Source of the DNA: Acidobacteriota bacterium
Lineage (GTDB): Bacteria; Acidobacteriota; UBA890; WLXD01
Direction: 5' to 3'
Assembly (NCBI GenBank): GCA_965248695.1
Contig: CBDFKD010000002.1
Location: 5,632,001 to 5,696,000, forward strand
DNA length: 64,000 nt
Shown here: one piece after another, positions 49,152 to 57,343 of the stretch
How the letters are laid out: each line of letters starts with the position of its first letter
How positions within the stretch are numbered: the stretch's first letter is position 1
The notes under the pieces: model-generated
Told to the model about the DNA's origin: nothing
The model's input: the letters and a program-made list of their open reading frames with translations, nothing else
Database searches by the model: none
Program-made: the position numbers and the translations under genes

Positions 49152-50420
49152 ATGAGTGTATGGCCCCCCAACGGCCGCGACAATGCCCGCCTTGACCCGA
49201 CGAGCCCGGTGTTGCTCTTCCTGGCGCTGGTGGCTCTGGTTTCGAGCGGCCCGACTTCCTGGGCTCGCGTCCCGGAGCCGCTACCCGCCGCGCCGGTACG
49301 GCCCGGAGTCGATGTCTGGCGGAACATGGGCTTCCGGCCGCTGGCCGGAAAGCGGGTCGGACTGGTTACCAACGATACCGGCCGCACCAGCGCGGGGATG
49401 CTCACCGCCGCAGTGCTGGCCGACTCCCCGGCGGTCGAGCTGGCCGCGATATTCAGTCCGGAGCACGGGTTTGCAGCCAGACTCGAAGGGGACGTCGGCG
49501 ACTCCGTGGAGCCGACCACCGGACTGCCCGTCCACAGTCTCTACGGCGATACACGCCGTCCGACGACCGCGATGCTGGACGGGCTGGAGGGATTGGTCTT
49601 CGATATCCAGGATATCGGCACGCGCTTCTACACCTATGCGACGACGCTCGCATTCTGCATGGAGGAAGCCGCGCGCCACGGCCTACCGATCGTCGTTCTG
49701 GATCGACCCAACCCCATCGGCGGCAAGGTCGTCAGCGGACCGGTGCTGGACGAGGCGCTGCTGGCGTTCGTCGGCTACGCTCCGGTACCCACCCGGCACG
49801 GGATGACGATCGGCGAGCTGGCACGCTATTTCAACAACGAACGAGGCATCGACGCTGACCTGACAGTGATCCCTGCAGAGGGCTGGCAGCGGGACATGTG
49901 GTACGACGAAACAGGATTGCTGTGGCGCAATCCATCACCGAACATTCGCAACCTCACCCAGGCATTGCTGTATCCGGCTCTGGGGCCGCTCGAATGGACG
50001 AACATCTCGGTCGGTCGTGGCACCGACACGCCGTTCCAGTGGTTCGGCGCCCCGTGGATTGACGCCCTCGGCCTCGCCGCGGCGCTCAACGCCGCTGCCC
50101 TTCCCGGGCTGCGATTCGTACCCCGCCATCTGACGCCGGCGACATCGATATACGCTGGCGAGGAGTGCGCTGGCGTCGATCTGATCGTTGTCGATCGCGA
50201 GCTCATCGACGCCGGTCTGATCGCAACCACGCTCGCCATTACCCTCGAGCAGCTCTACGCCGGCCGCTGGGAACGCCAGCGCCTACCCTCCTTGTGGGGC
50301 GATCCCGAGATAAGCGAACAACTGCGTTCCGGGATGGGTGCGGGCGCGATTGTCGACTCGTGGTCGTCTGCGATGCAGGAGTTCCGCCGAATCCGGGGCC
50401 GGTACCTGCTCTACGACTGA
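49152..50420 (+). CDS. namZ: Exo-beta-N-acetylmuramidase NamZ (DUF1343/YbbC family)
   Basis: KRVGLVTN, FSPEHG, SLYG, FDIQDIGTRFYTY, LDRPNP, RHGMTIGELA, PSPNI, SVGRGT, C-terminal YLLY. Start at 49152 or 49209. Confidence 0.92.
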   Translation: MSVWPPNGRDNARLDPTSPVLLFLALVALVSSGPTSWARVPEPLPAAPVRPGVDVWRNMGFRPLAGKRVGLVTNDTGRTSAGMLTAAVLADSPAVELAAIFSPEHGFAARLEGDVGDSVEPTTGLPVHSLYGDTRRPTTAMLDGLEGLVFDIQDIGTRFYTYATTLAFCMEEAARHGLPIVVLDRPNPIGGKVVSGPVLDEALLAFVGYAPVPTRHGMTIGELARYFNNERGIDADLTVIPAEGWQRDMWYDETGLLWRNPSPNIRNLTQALLYPALGPLEWTNISVGRGTDTPFQWFGAPWIDALGLAAALNAAALPGLRFVPRHLTPATSIYAGEECAGVDLIVVDRELIDAGLIATTLAITLEQLYAGRWERQRLPSLWGDPEISEQLRSGMGAGAIVDSWSSAMQEFRRIRGRYLLYD

Positions 50421-50854
50421 GCCTCGGGGCTCGATACCGCGGCGACGCCGTCGGGATGCGACGCCCAGATCGTCCAAACGCCGTGAGCCACGGCCACCAC
50501 CCGATCCCGAGCGTCGACCACCTGGCCCTCGGCGAACGCTACCCGGCGTCCACGTCTCGCCACTCGCCCGCGAGCGTTAAACGGCCCGTGGCGGGCGGGG
50601 TCGCGAAACTGCACCGATAGCTCGAGCGTGCCGCACCACTCAGACTCACTGAGCGTCGAGACCACCGCCGCACCCAACGCGGTGTCGAGCAAGCCGCACA
50701 TGACACCGCCGTGTGCCACGCCGCGCCGATTGCAGTGAGCTGGCACCAGCTCCAGCAGTACCTCCGACTCGCCTTCACTGGCACTTCTCACGTCGAGGCC
50801 GAGAAGAGAATCGAAGGGCGTCGGCTTGCGCACCATTGGTTCGTCCGTAGTCAT
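50411..50854 (-). CDS. PaaI-family hotdog-fold thioesterase
   Basis: HCNRRGVAHGGVMCGLLDTALG; TLELSVQF; RRGRRVAF. Confidence 0.9.
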   Translation of the reverse strand: MTTDEPMVRKPTPFDSLLGLDVRSASEGESEVLLELVPAHCNRRGVAHGGVMCGLLDTALGAAVVSTLSESEWCGTLELSVQFRDPARHGPFNARGRVARRGRRVAFAEGQVVDARDRVVAVAHGVWTIWASHPDGVAAVSSPEAQS

Positions 50855-50929
50855 CAGTTTTCCGGCTCCGTGGAAGCGTTGGGCGGCGAAAAAGCCCTCG
50901 GGAGACCCTACCCCGCCATGCTAGGATGA

Positions 50930-51871
50930 GTGTTCCTGCGCGCACCGTCCGTCGCGCCGACGGCCATCGCAAACGCCATCTGGAGCCGTTCCGTGCCCTG
51001 GCCTCCTCCACTGTCCGCGCGCTGGACCGCGATGGCGCTCTTCCTGTTCGCGCTCGCCCTCCACCTGTTCCTGGCGATGGGCGGCACTCTCGCCGGCATC
51101 GATTTCAAGCTCCTGATCGTAATCGACGAGATCGGCGCCATCCTGGCCGCGCCCGTGCTGTTTGCGCTGCTGCTCGGTATCAAGTTCCGGGACGCGTTTC
51201 TGCTCAAATCGACCCACTGGATTCACTACGTGGTGGCCGGAGCTACGGCGATTCCGTTGCAGATGTTCGGCGGTGCGATGCAAGAGATCGTGCTGGACGC
51301 GATCCCCGGTGGCGATGACTGGCGTGAGCTGCTCGAGCGCGCTCTGGAGCCACTGTTGCACACCGAGTCGATGGGCGACCTGGCGCTTCTGCTGTTCGGC
51401 GGCGTGGTGCTGGCCGGAGTGTGCGAGGAGTTTCTCTTCCGCGGCCTGATGTTGCAGCTGCTGGCCCGCGGCCGCGGGTGGGGTGTACCGATCTTCATCA
51501 CCGGGCTGCTGTTCGCGCTCTTCCACCTGGATTTCATCGGACTGCTGCCGCGCACCCTGTTGGGCGTGTACTTCGGCATCCTGGTATGGCGCTCGGGGTC
51601 GATATTCCCCGCCATCGTGGCGCACGCGGCCAATAACTTGCTGGCGTTCGCCGCCATTCCGCTACTGGAGAACGTCGACAGCCCGCCGCCGGATTTCGGC
51701 GAGGCGGGCCTGTTGGCGTTGCTGTCCGGGGCGGCGTTCCTGACGATATTGATCGCCTACGTGCGCCTGACGCCCGGCCAGACGCCCGCCACCTCGGCCG
51801 CGGCGGCGGTCGCGGCCCCCGAGGTGATCTCTGTGAGCCCGCCGTCCGACACTCCGCCGGAAGCATCTTGA
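50930..51871 (+). CDS. CPBP (CAAX/Abi) family intramembrane metalloprotease
   Basis: EEFLFRG, FALFH and HAANN motifs; multiple TM segments. Start uncertain. Confidence 0.9.
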   Translation: MFLRAPSVAPTAIANAIWSRSVPWPPPLSARWTAMALFLFALALHLFLAMGGTLAGIDFKLLIVIDEIGAILAAPVLFALLLGIKFRDAFLLKSTHWIHYVVAGATAIPLQMFGGAMQEIVLDAIPGGDDWRELLERALEPLLHTESMGDLALLLFGGVVLAGVCEEFLFRGLMLQLLARGRGWGVPIFITGLLFALFHLDFIGLLPRTLLGVYFGILVWRSGSIFPAIVAHAANNLLAFAAIPLLENVDSPPPDFGEAGLLALLSGAAFLTILIAYVRLTPGQTPATSAAAAVAAPEVISVSPPSDTPPEAS

Positions 51872-51875
51872 GCCG

Positions 51876-52877
51876 CTAGCGCAGCAGCCGCGACCACGGA
51901 CAGCGATCCATGCCCGGGCAGTACTCACCGCACGGATCGGCGTGGATGGTCACGTCGGTACGTGGGATCGCCAGCTCGAGCTCTTGTTCCACGTGATCGA
52001 CGATGTGGTGCGAGGTCTCGAAGCTGATCGCCTTGCACAACACCAGGTGCAGGCTGACGATCTTCTGGCTGCCGGCGCGCCGCGTTCGCAGGCCGTGGAA
52101 CGCCAGCACCTCACCACGATGCTCGTCAAGGACGCGCACAATCTCCTGCTGCACGTCCTCGGGCAATTCGCGATCCAGCAGGTCCTGCGCCGTGTCGATG
52201 GTGAGCGCCCGCACTTGCCAGAGAACGAAGACGGCGATCAGGATCGATACAAAGGGGTCGAAGTACACGACGCCGGTCGAGGCCTGCAAGACGAGGGCGA
52301 GGATCACCCCCGCGTGGCTGGTGAAGTCCATCGAGTAGTGCAGTTGCTCCGTGGCGATGATCGGCGACTCGCTGTCGGCGCCCCGGATGCGGATCATGCG
52401 CGACAGCCCGAGAGCAACCGCTGCCGAAACCAGCATGACGCCCACGCCCCACGCCGTATCCACGACTGGCTCCGGGGAGCGCAGGCGTGCGACGGCCTGA
52501 ACGGCGACGAACACCGCTACAGCGGCCAGCACCAACGCCTGGATCCCGCCGACCAGGCTCTCGACCTTCCCGTGCCCGTACGGGTGCTCCGTATCCGGTG
52601 GCTTCTCTGCTTCCCGGGCGGAGAACCAGTTGAGCGCCGACAGCGCCGCGTCGAGCATCGAATCGAGCCCGGAAGCGAGAATCGCCAGGCTGTTGGTCCA
52701 CCACGCCGCACCGAGCTTGAGCAGCACGAGAAAGATCGCCGCCGTCACCGACAGCCGGAAGATCGAGGTCTTGACGGCAAGCTCGCGGGCGCGGTGTGTC
52801 TCCATCACCCGGAGCGCTCGATCGTGCTCTGGAGCCCGGAACCGATCGCGGCTGTCAGAATCCGGCATAGGCTCCAT
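51876..52877 (-). CDS. Cation diffusion facilitator (FieF/YiiP-like)
   Basis: SGLDSMLD, PPDTEHPYGHGKVE, HYSMD, LRTRRAG, TIHADP. Start uncertain (52868, 52877 or 52907). Confidence 0.92.
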   Translation of the reverse strand: MEPMPDSDSRDRFRAPEHDRALRVMETHRARELAVKTSIFRLSVTAAIFLVLLKLGAAWWTNSLAILASGLDSMLDAALSALNWFSAREAEKPPDTEHPYGHGKVESLVGGIQALVLAAVAVFVAVQAVARLRSPEPVVDTAWGVGVMLVSAAVALGLSRMIRIRGADSESPIIATEQLHYSMDFTSHAGVILALVLQASTGVVYFDPFVSILIAVFVLWQVRALTIDTAQDLLDRELPEDVQQEIVRVLDEHRGEVLAFHGLRTRRAGSQKIVSLHLVLCKAISFETSHHIVDHVEQELELAIPRTDVTIHADPCGEYCPGMDRCPWSRLLR

Positions 52878-52909
52878 CCCGGCCGCCGCGACGACCTTCC
52901 AGATCACAC

Positions 52910-52959
52910 ACTAGCGGCCTCGTGGTCTTCGGAACGTTCATCTGTTACAGGCCACTAGT
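52910..52959. repeat. Short CTAG-bounded inverted repeat between the CDF and PagL-like genes
   Basis: ACTAGCGGCCT (52910-52920) / AGGCCACTAGT (52949-52959), 10 of 11 positions complementary. Confidence 0.4.
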
Positions 52960-53079
52960 CAAGCATCTTGACCGGCAGCGCTCGGGACGCGCTCGTTCGC
53001 CCAGCATGCGAGACTATTGCGTGCGTCGGCAACAGGTTCCCCGGCGTCAGGACCGGGATGAGGAACCCGCGAGTCGACG

Positions 53080-53772
53080 ATGCTGCAACGCTGCTTGCCT
53101 CTGCTGGCCCTGCTGATTCTTGCTCCGGCGGCGGCGGCCCAGGAACGCGGACCGGGCTCTTCCATTCCCCCTCCCGCTGCGGTTGCCCAGGAGCATGACC
53201 AGGGCTCGTCTGCGAAGCAGCCCGCGGCCGCGGCCGCGCCCGAGGGCACTCAGGTCCGGCGGAGGGGGCGAGCGCGCTGGGCCGTGGCCGGCAGCTATGG
53301 ACTCGGCTCGGAGATCAACAGCTCGAAAGAGATCGACATCGGCTCGATGTGGGTGCGTTGGACCCAGGTGTTGGGAGGCCCGGAGTCTGTCGCCGGCACC
53401 AAGAGATTCCTGGGCGGCCAGCCGGCGGTCGGCATCGAGGTGTCGCCGTACAGCACATTCGATCAGGTGCCCCGCGCCTGGGGAGGCGGGTGGCACCTGG
53501 TGTACGAGCACCGGCTGCGGCCGCAGCACAAGGTTCGCCCTGTGCTCCGAGCCGGGTCCGGGATGCTGTTCACCTCACGCAACGTCCCACCCGGCGAAAC
53601 ACGTTTCAACTACACACTGTTTGTAGGCGCCGGGGTGGAGATCGCGGTCTCCGACAGGGGCGCGATCCAGATCGACTAGCGACTGTACCACATCTCGAAC
53701 GCCAACACCGGCCGGCGGAACCCGGGGATCAACGCCCATACGGTAGTCATGGGGCTCGCCTGGGGCTTCTAG
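53080..53772 (+). pseudogene. PagL-like acyloxyacyl hydrolase (lipid A 3-O-deacylase) interrupted by an in-frame TAG at 53677-53679
   Basis: Signal peptide and beta-barrel strands. After the TAG the frame continues RLYHISNANTGRRNPGINAHTVVMGLAWGF*, containing the HxSNA catalytic motif and a terminal Phe. Confidence 0.85.
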
Positions 53773-53943
53773 CAGGCCGTGGTGAAAGTGTGGTGGGTCT
53801 GGTTACGGCGAGTTGGGGTTGCGCGCGGATGCTGCGTCGTTTGTCGTCAACGATGGGGTAACCATCGCCTCCTCCTCTCTCCTGGCCTGCGCCTCGCAAA
53901 ACCCTGTCGCCAGACCCACCACACTTTCACCACGGCCTGCTAG
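53769..53943. mobile_element. MITE-like element: 167 bp, 30-bp perfect terminal inverted repeats, flanked by CTAG
   Basis: CAGGCCGTGGTGAAAGTGTGGTGGGTCTGG (53773-53802) is the exact reverse complement of 53910-53939. CTAG at 53769-53772 and 53940-53943. No transposase inside. Confidence 0.8.
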
Positions 53944-53981
53944 CCCGGCGGAGTCGCGCTGCTACCAGGTCCGCCCGGCGC

Positions 53982-54908
53982 CTACCCGCTGAGCACCTGC
54001 GCACGCGCCGCCGCCAGGGCCTCGCGGCCGGTATGCCGCGGCCGCGTCCCGAAATGGGTCTTGAGCCGTGTGTTGTCGAGTATCGGCATCCCGGATGACC
54101 AGCGTAGCTGTCGGCGTGGCGACGGCGCCCGTCGCAGCAGCCACGAAGCACACGCCAGTCCCCAGGCGACGCCGGCAGGGAGCGACACGCTGGGCCTCGA
54201 TAGTGCTCGGCAGACCTCCGACAGGCGCATGAGCCCGTCAGCGGCAACATTGTAGGTACCTCCCTCCCCTTCCTGAACCGCCCGCCAGAGAACCTCGGCG
54301 GCATCTTCCTCGTGAAGGAACTGCATCACTGGATCGCCTTGCAGCCTCGATACCAGCGGCATGCGGAGCATGTCTTCGATCGCACCCGAGTTTCGAGGTC
54401 CGATGGTCGGAGCGACGCGAAACACATAGACCTCGGTGTGACTGTGCACGCTTGCGAACTCGCGCGCAGCTCGGTCCGCGGCGGACTGGTCGGCAACGTC
54501 CGCCGGCCCGTCGAACGTGTCCGTCTCCGACCATGGCCGACCATCCGACGAGGACCGCGGGTAGGCCGCGGCACTGCCCCAGTGGATCATGAGCGGCACC
54601 CCGACGCTCGCCGCCGCCCGCATCGCCGCGTTGGCCAACGCCAGCCTCCCCGAGCGCGCAATCGGGTCAACGCAGAAGTGAATCAAGCACTCGGGTTGCA
54701 GATCACGGACCGCGGCCGCCACGCTGGCGCGATCGCGGCGCACCTGGAAACCGGCAGCGGCCGGCCACCCATCAGGTGCCTCGGCTGCGACTGCGATGGC
54801 ATCGCCGCCGGCGGCCAGGATCCGTTCCGCGACCAGACCGGCGACCGCGTCGAGCCATCCGAACATCACGACCCGCCCCGCTCCCCCGTCCGTTCGTCTC
54901 GAACCCAT
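53982..54908 (-). CDS. Divergent NAD-dependent epimerase/dehydratase-family (extended SDR) protein
   Basis: ATG 54908 coupled (TAATG) to the upstream remnant; [36 protein letters not shown]. GxxGxxG and YxxxK are not recognisable. Confidence 0.72.
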   Translation of the reverse strand: MGSRRTDGGAGRVVMFGWLDAVAGLVAERILAAGGDAIAVAAEAPDGWPAAAGFQVRRDRASVAAAVRDLQPECLIHFCVDPIARSGRLALANAAMRAAASVGVPLMIHWGSAAAYPRSSSDGRPWSETDTFDGPADVADQSAADRAAREFASVHSHTEVYVFRVAPTIGPRNSGAIEDMLRMPLVSRLQGDPVMQFLHEEDAAEVLWRAVQEGEGGTYNVAADGLMRLSEVCRALSRPSVSLPAGVAWGLACASWLLRRAPSPRRQLRWSSGMPILDNTRLKTHFGTRPRHTGREALAAARAQVLSG

Positions 54909-55090
54909 TACCCGCCACTCAGCGAAGCGCCGCCGTCCACCGGCAGGATGGCGCCGGGTGCCGCTCCGTTCACCTGGACGTGCGGCGCCAGCACCTGCGC
55001 GGTGCAGCGCGTCAGCGTGTCCAGTCCACTCCTGGCAATGCAATACGCGGCGAAGTCGCGCCGCTCCAAGATCGCGGCATTGTTGACCAT
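54908..55090 (-). pseudogene. Internally deleted short-chain dehydrogenase (pteridine-reductase/FolM-like) remnant
   Basis: About 60 aa joining SDR motifs: VNNAAI, YCIAR(S)[28 protein letters not shown]. Confidence 0.7.
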
Positions 55091-55312
55091 GGCGACTCTT
55101 TGCCGGCCGTTTGGGATCAAGGTCTCTCTCGCCGAAGAACTGCGTGGTCGGGCGACCTTCCTCAGGGGGCCGCCGTAGCCGCGGGTGAGTGTAGTGGCTT
55201 GCAGGACAGCCGGCACACGGCGCGGCGTTGCTTCGACACATCGATCGCGTCGGCAGGCGTTAGGATGATCTCACTCGATCGTCTCTGCCGGCCCTTCCAT
55301 TCGCGTGCTCCG

Positions 55313-56587
55313 ATGCCTCAGATCGTCGTTTACACCAAGTCGTTCTGCTCCTACTGCAGCTGGGCGAAGAACTTGCTGGCGGCGAAGGAAGTGGAGTGGG
55401 AGGAGATCAACGTCTCGACCGAGCGGAGCCGCTTCGCCGAGATGATCGAGCGCGCCAACGGCCGCATGACGGCGCCACAGATCTTCATCGACGACCTGCA
55501 CGTTGGCGGTTTCGAGGAGCTGGCGGCGCTTGATACGCGTGGCGAGCTCGACGCGCTGCTGAACCCTGACGACGGCAACAACGGCGACGAGATCACCGAC
55601 TCCGACCAACCGAACGGCATCAAGGAGGACGACGTGGCCGACAACCATCGTGAGCTGATCATCGTTGGCTCCGGCTGCGCTGGCCTGACAGCGGCCATCT
55701 ACAGCGGGCGCGCCAACCTGGCGCCGCTGGTCATCACGGGTCGTGAGCTGGGCGGACAGCTCTACACGACCACGGACGTGGAGAACTTTCCGGGGTTTCC
55801 CGAGGGCATCCAGGGACCCGATCTGATCGATCGCATGCGGGCACAAGCGGAGCGCTTCGGCGCCGAGCTCCTGTTCGGGCACGTCGCCCGGCTGGAGCTC
55901 GCCGCGCAACCGTTCCGGGTCGTGCTCGAGGATGGCGCCGAGCATACGTGCGACGCCTTGATCGTTGCGACCGGCGCCTCGCCCAAGGGTCTCGGTGTGC
56001 CGGGCGAGCTCGACCTGCGCGGCTATGGAGTCTCCACCTGCGCGACGTGCGACGCGGCCTTCTTTCGCGATCGTCCGGTGGCCATCGTCGGCGGTGGCGA
56101 CTCGGCCATGGAGGAAGCCCTGTTCCTCACCAAGTTCGCTTCCTCCGTAGCTCTTCTGCACCGGCGTGATGAGTTCCGGGCCAGCCCCATCATGGCGAGT
56201 CGGGTGCTGGAGCACGCGAAGATCGACGTGCGGTGGCACACCGAGGTCGAGGGGTTCGTTGGCACCTCCGAAACGGGGCTAACCGGCGTGAGGATGGTCA
56301 ACAATCAGACCGACGAGCGTACCGAGCTGAAGGTCGACGGCTGCTTCATCGCCATCGGTCACGATCCCAACACCGATGTGCTGGCCGACTGGCCCATCCG
56401 GCTCGACGACCTGGGCTACGTCACCGAGGACGAGCGGCCGCTACCCTACACCGGGATCGAAGGGGTATTCGTAGCGGGCGACGTTCACGACCATCACTAC
56501 AGACAGGCGGTCACGGCCGCAGGTTACGGCTGTCGAGCAGCTCTCGACGCCGAGAAATGGCTCACCAATCGGCTGATGGGAGCTTGA
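55313..56587 (+). CDS. trxB: Glutaredoxin 3 (GrxC-like) / thioredoxin reductase in-frame fusion
   Basis: N-terminal YTKSFCSYC...[14 protein letters not shown]; acidic linker; TrxB motifs [45 protein letters not shown]. Confidence 0.93.
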   Translation: MPQIVVYTKSFCSYCSWAKNLLAAKEVEWEEINVSTERSRFAEMIERANGRMTAPQIFIDDLHVGGFEELAALDTRGELDALLNPDDGNNGDEITDSDQPNGIKEDDVADNHRELIIVGSGCAGLTAAIYSGRANLAPLVITGRELGGQLYTTTDVENFPGFPEGIQGPDLIDRMRAQAERFGAELLFGHVARLELAAQPFRVVLEDGAEHTCDALIVATGASPKGLGVPGELDLRGYGVSTCATCDAAFFRDRPVAIVGGGDSAMEEALFLTKFASSVALLHRRDEFRASPIMASRVLEHAKIDVRWHTEVEGFVGTSETGLTGVRMVNNQTDERTELKVDGCFIAIGHDPNTDVLADWPIRLDDLGYVTEDERPLPYTGIEGVFVAGDVHDHHYRQAVTAAGYGCRAALDAEKWLTNRLMGA

Positions 56588-56610
56588 CGCGGAGCCACAC
56601 CGCGACGCCT

Positions 56611-57252
56611 TCAGCCCCTGAACTGTCCGGTGAGAAACGGATTGGTACGACGCTCGCGAGCCAGCGTGGTTTCCGGACCGTGTCCCGGAAGCACCGTGAC
56701 ATCATCGCCCAACGGCAGCAGCACGTCGCGAATCGACCGCATCAAGGTCTCGTGATCGCCGCCCGGCAGATCGGTGCGCCCTATCGATCCGGCGAACAGG
56801 CAGTCGCCGGCGATCACGACGCTCAGGTCGGCGAACCAGAAGGCCACGTGGCCGGGGGCATGGCCCGGAACGTGTAGGACTCGGGCCTGAAGACGTCCCA
56901 GGGTCATGAGGTCGTCGGCGGCGAGCCAGCGATCCGGTAGGGGCAAAGCCGGAACGTGGAGCCCGAACATCGCCCCCTGCTGCTCGACCGCCTCGTACAG
57001 GGGTCGATCCAGTGGGTGAAGCGCCAGCGGCGCGCCAGTAGCTGCTGTCGCCTCGGCAACCCCTGCGACGTGATCGATGTGCGCGTGCGTCAGCCAGATC
57101 TGCTCGATGCTGAGCCCCTCCCGCCCGGCGATCTCCAGGAGCTTCTCGACATGACCGCCCGGGTCGACGAGCGCACCCACTCCGGTCTCCGGACAGCCTA
57201 TCAGCCATGAGTTCTCGCTGAACGGCGCCACCACCTCAACGTGTCGGAACAT
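56611..57252 (-). CDS. MBL-fold metallo-hydrolase (glyoxalase II/YcbL-like)
   Basis: THAHIDH, PGHAPGH, GDCLFAGSIGRTDLPGG, PGHGPETT. Confidence 0.93.
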   Translation of the reverse strand: MFRHVEVVAPFSENSWLIGCPETGVGALVDPGGHVEKLLEIAGREGLSIEQIWLTHAHIDHVAGVAEATAATGAPLALHPLDRPLYEAVEQQGAMFGLHVPALPLPDRWLAADDLMTLGRLQARVLHVPGHAPGHVAFWFADLSVVIAGDCLFAGSIGRTDLPGGDHETLMRSIRDVLLPLGDDVTVLPGHGPETTLARERRTNPFLTGQFRG

Positions 57253-57343
57253 CCGCACCCCTGCGCGCGACCGTTTGCGTTCCGCTAATTGCTCCCACTC
57301 CGTGGCGCGGCCGCAATGCGCTACGAACCTCGGAAACGAAACA

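Noticed and set aside
48906-49519. Apparent long head-to-head overlap of namZ and the GH3 fusion ORFs
   Set aside because: Artefact of longest-ORF calling; the plausible starts (49120 on minus, 49152 or 49209 on plus) do not overlap.
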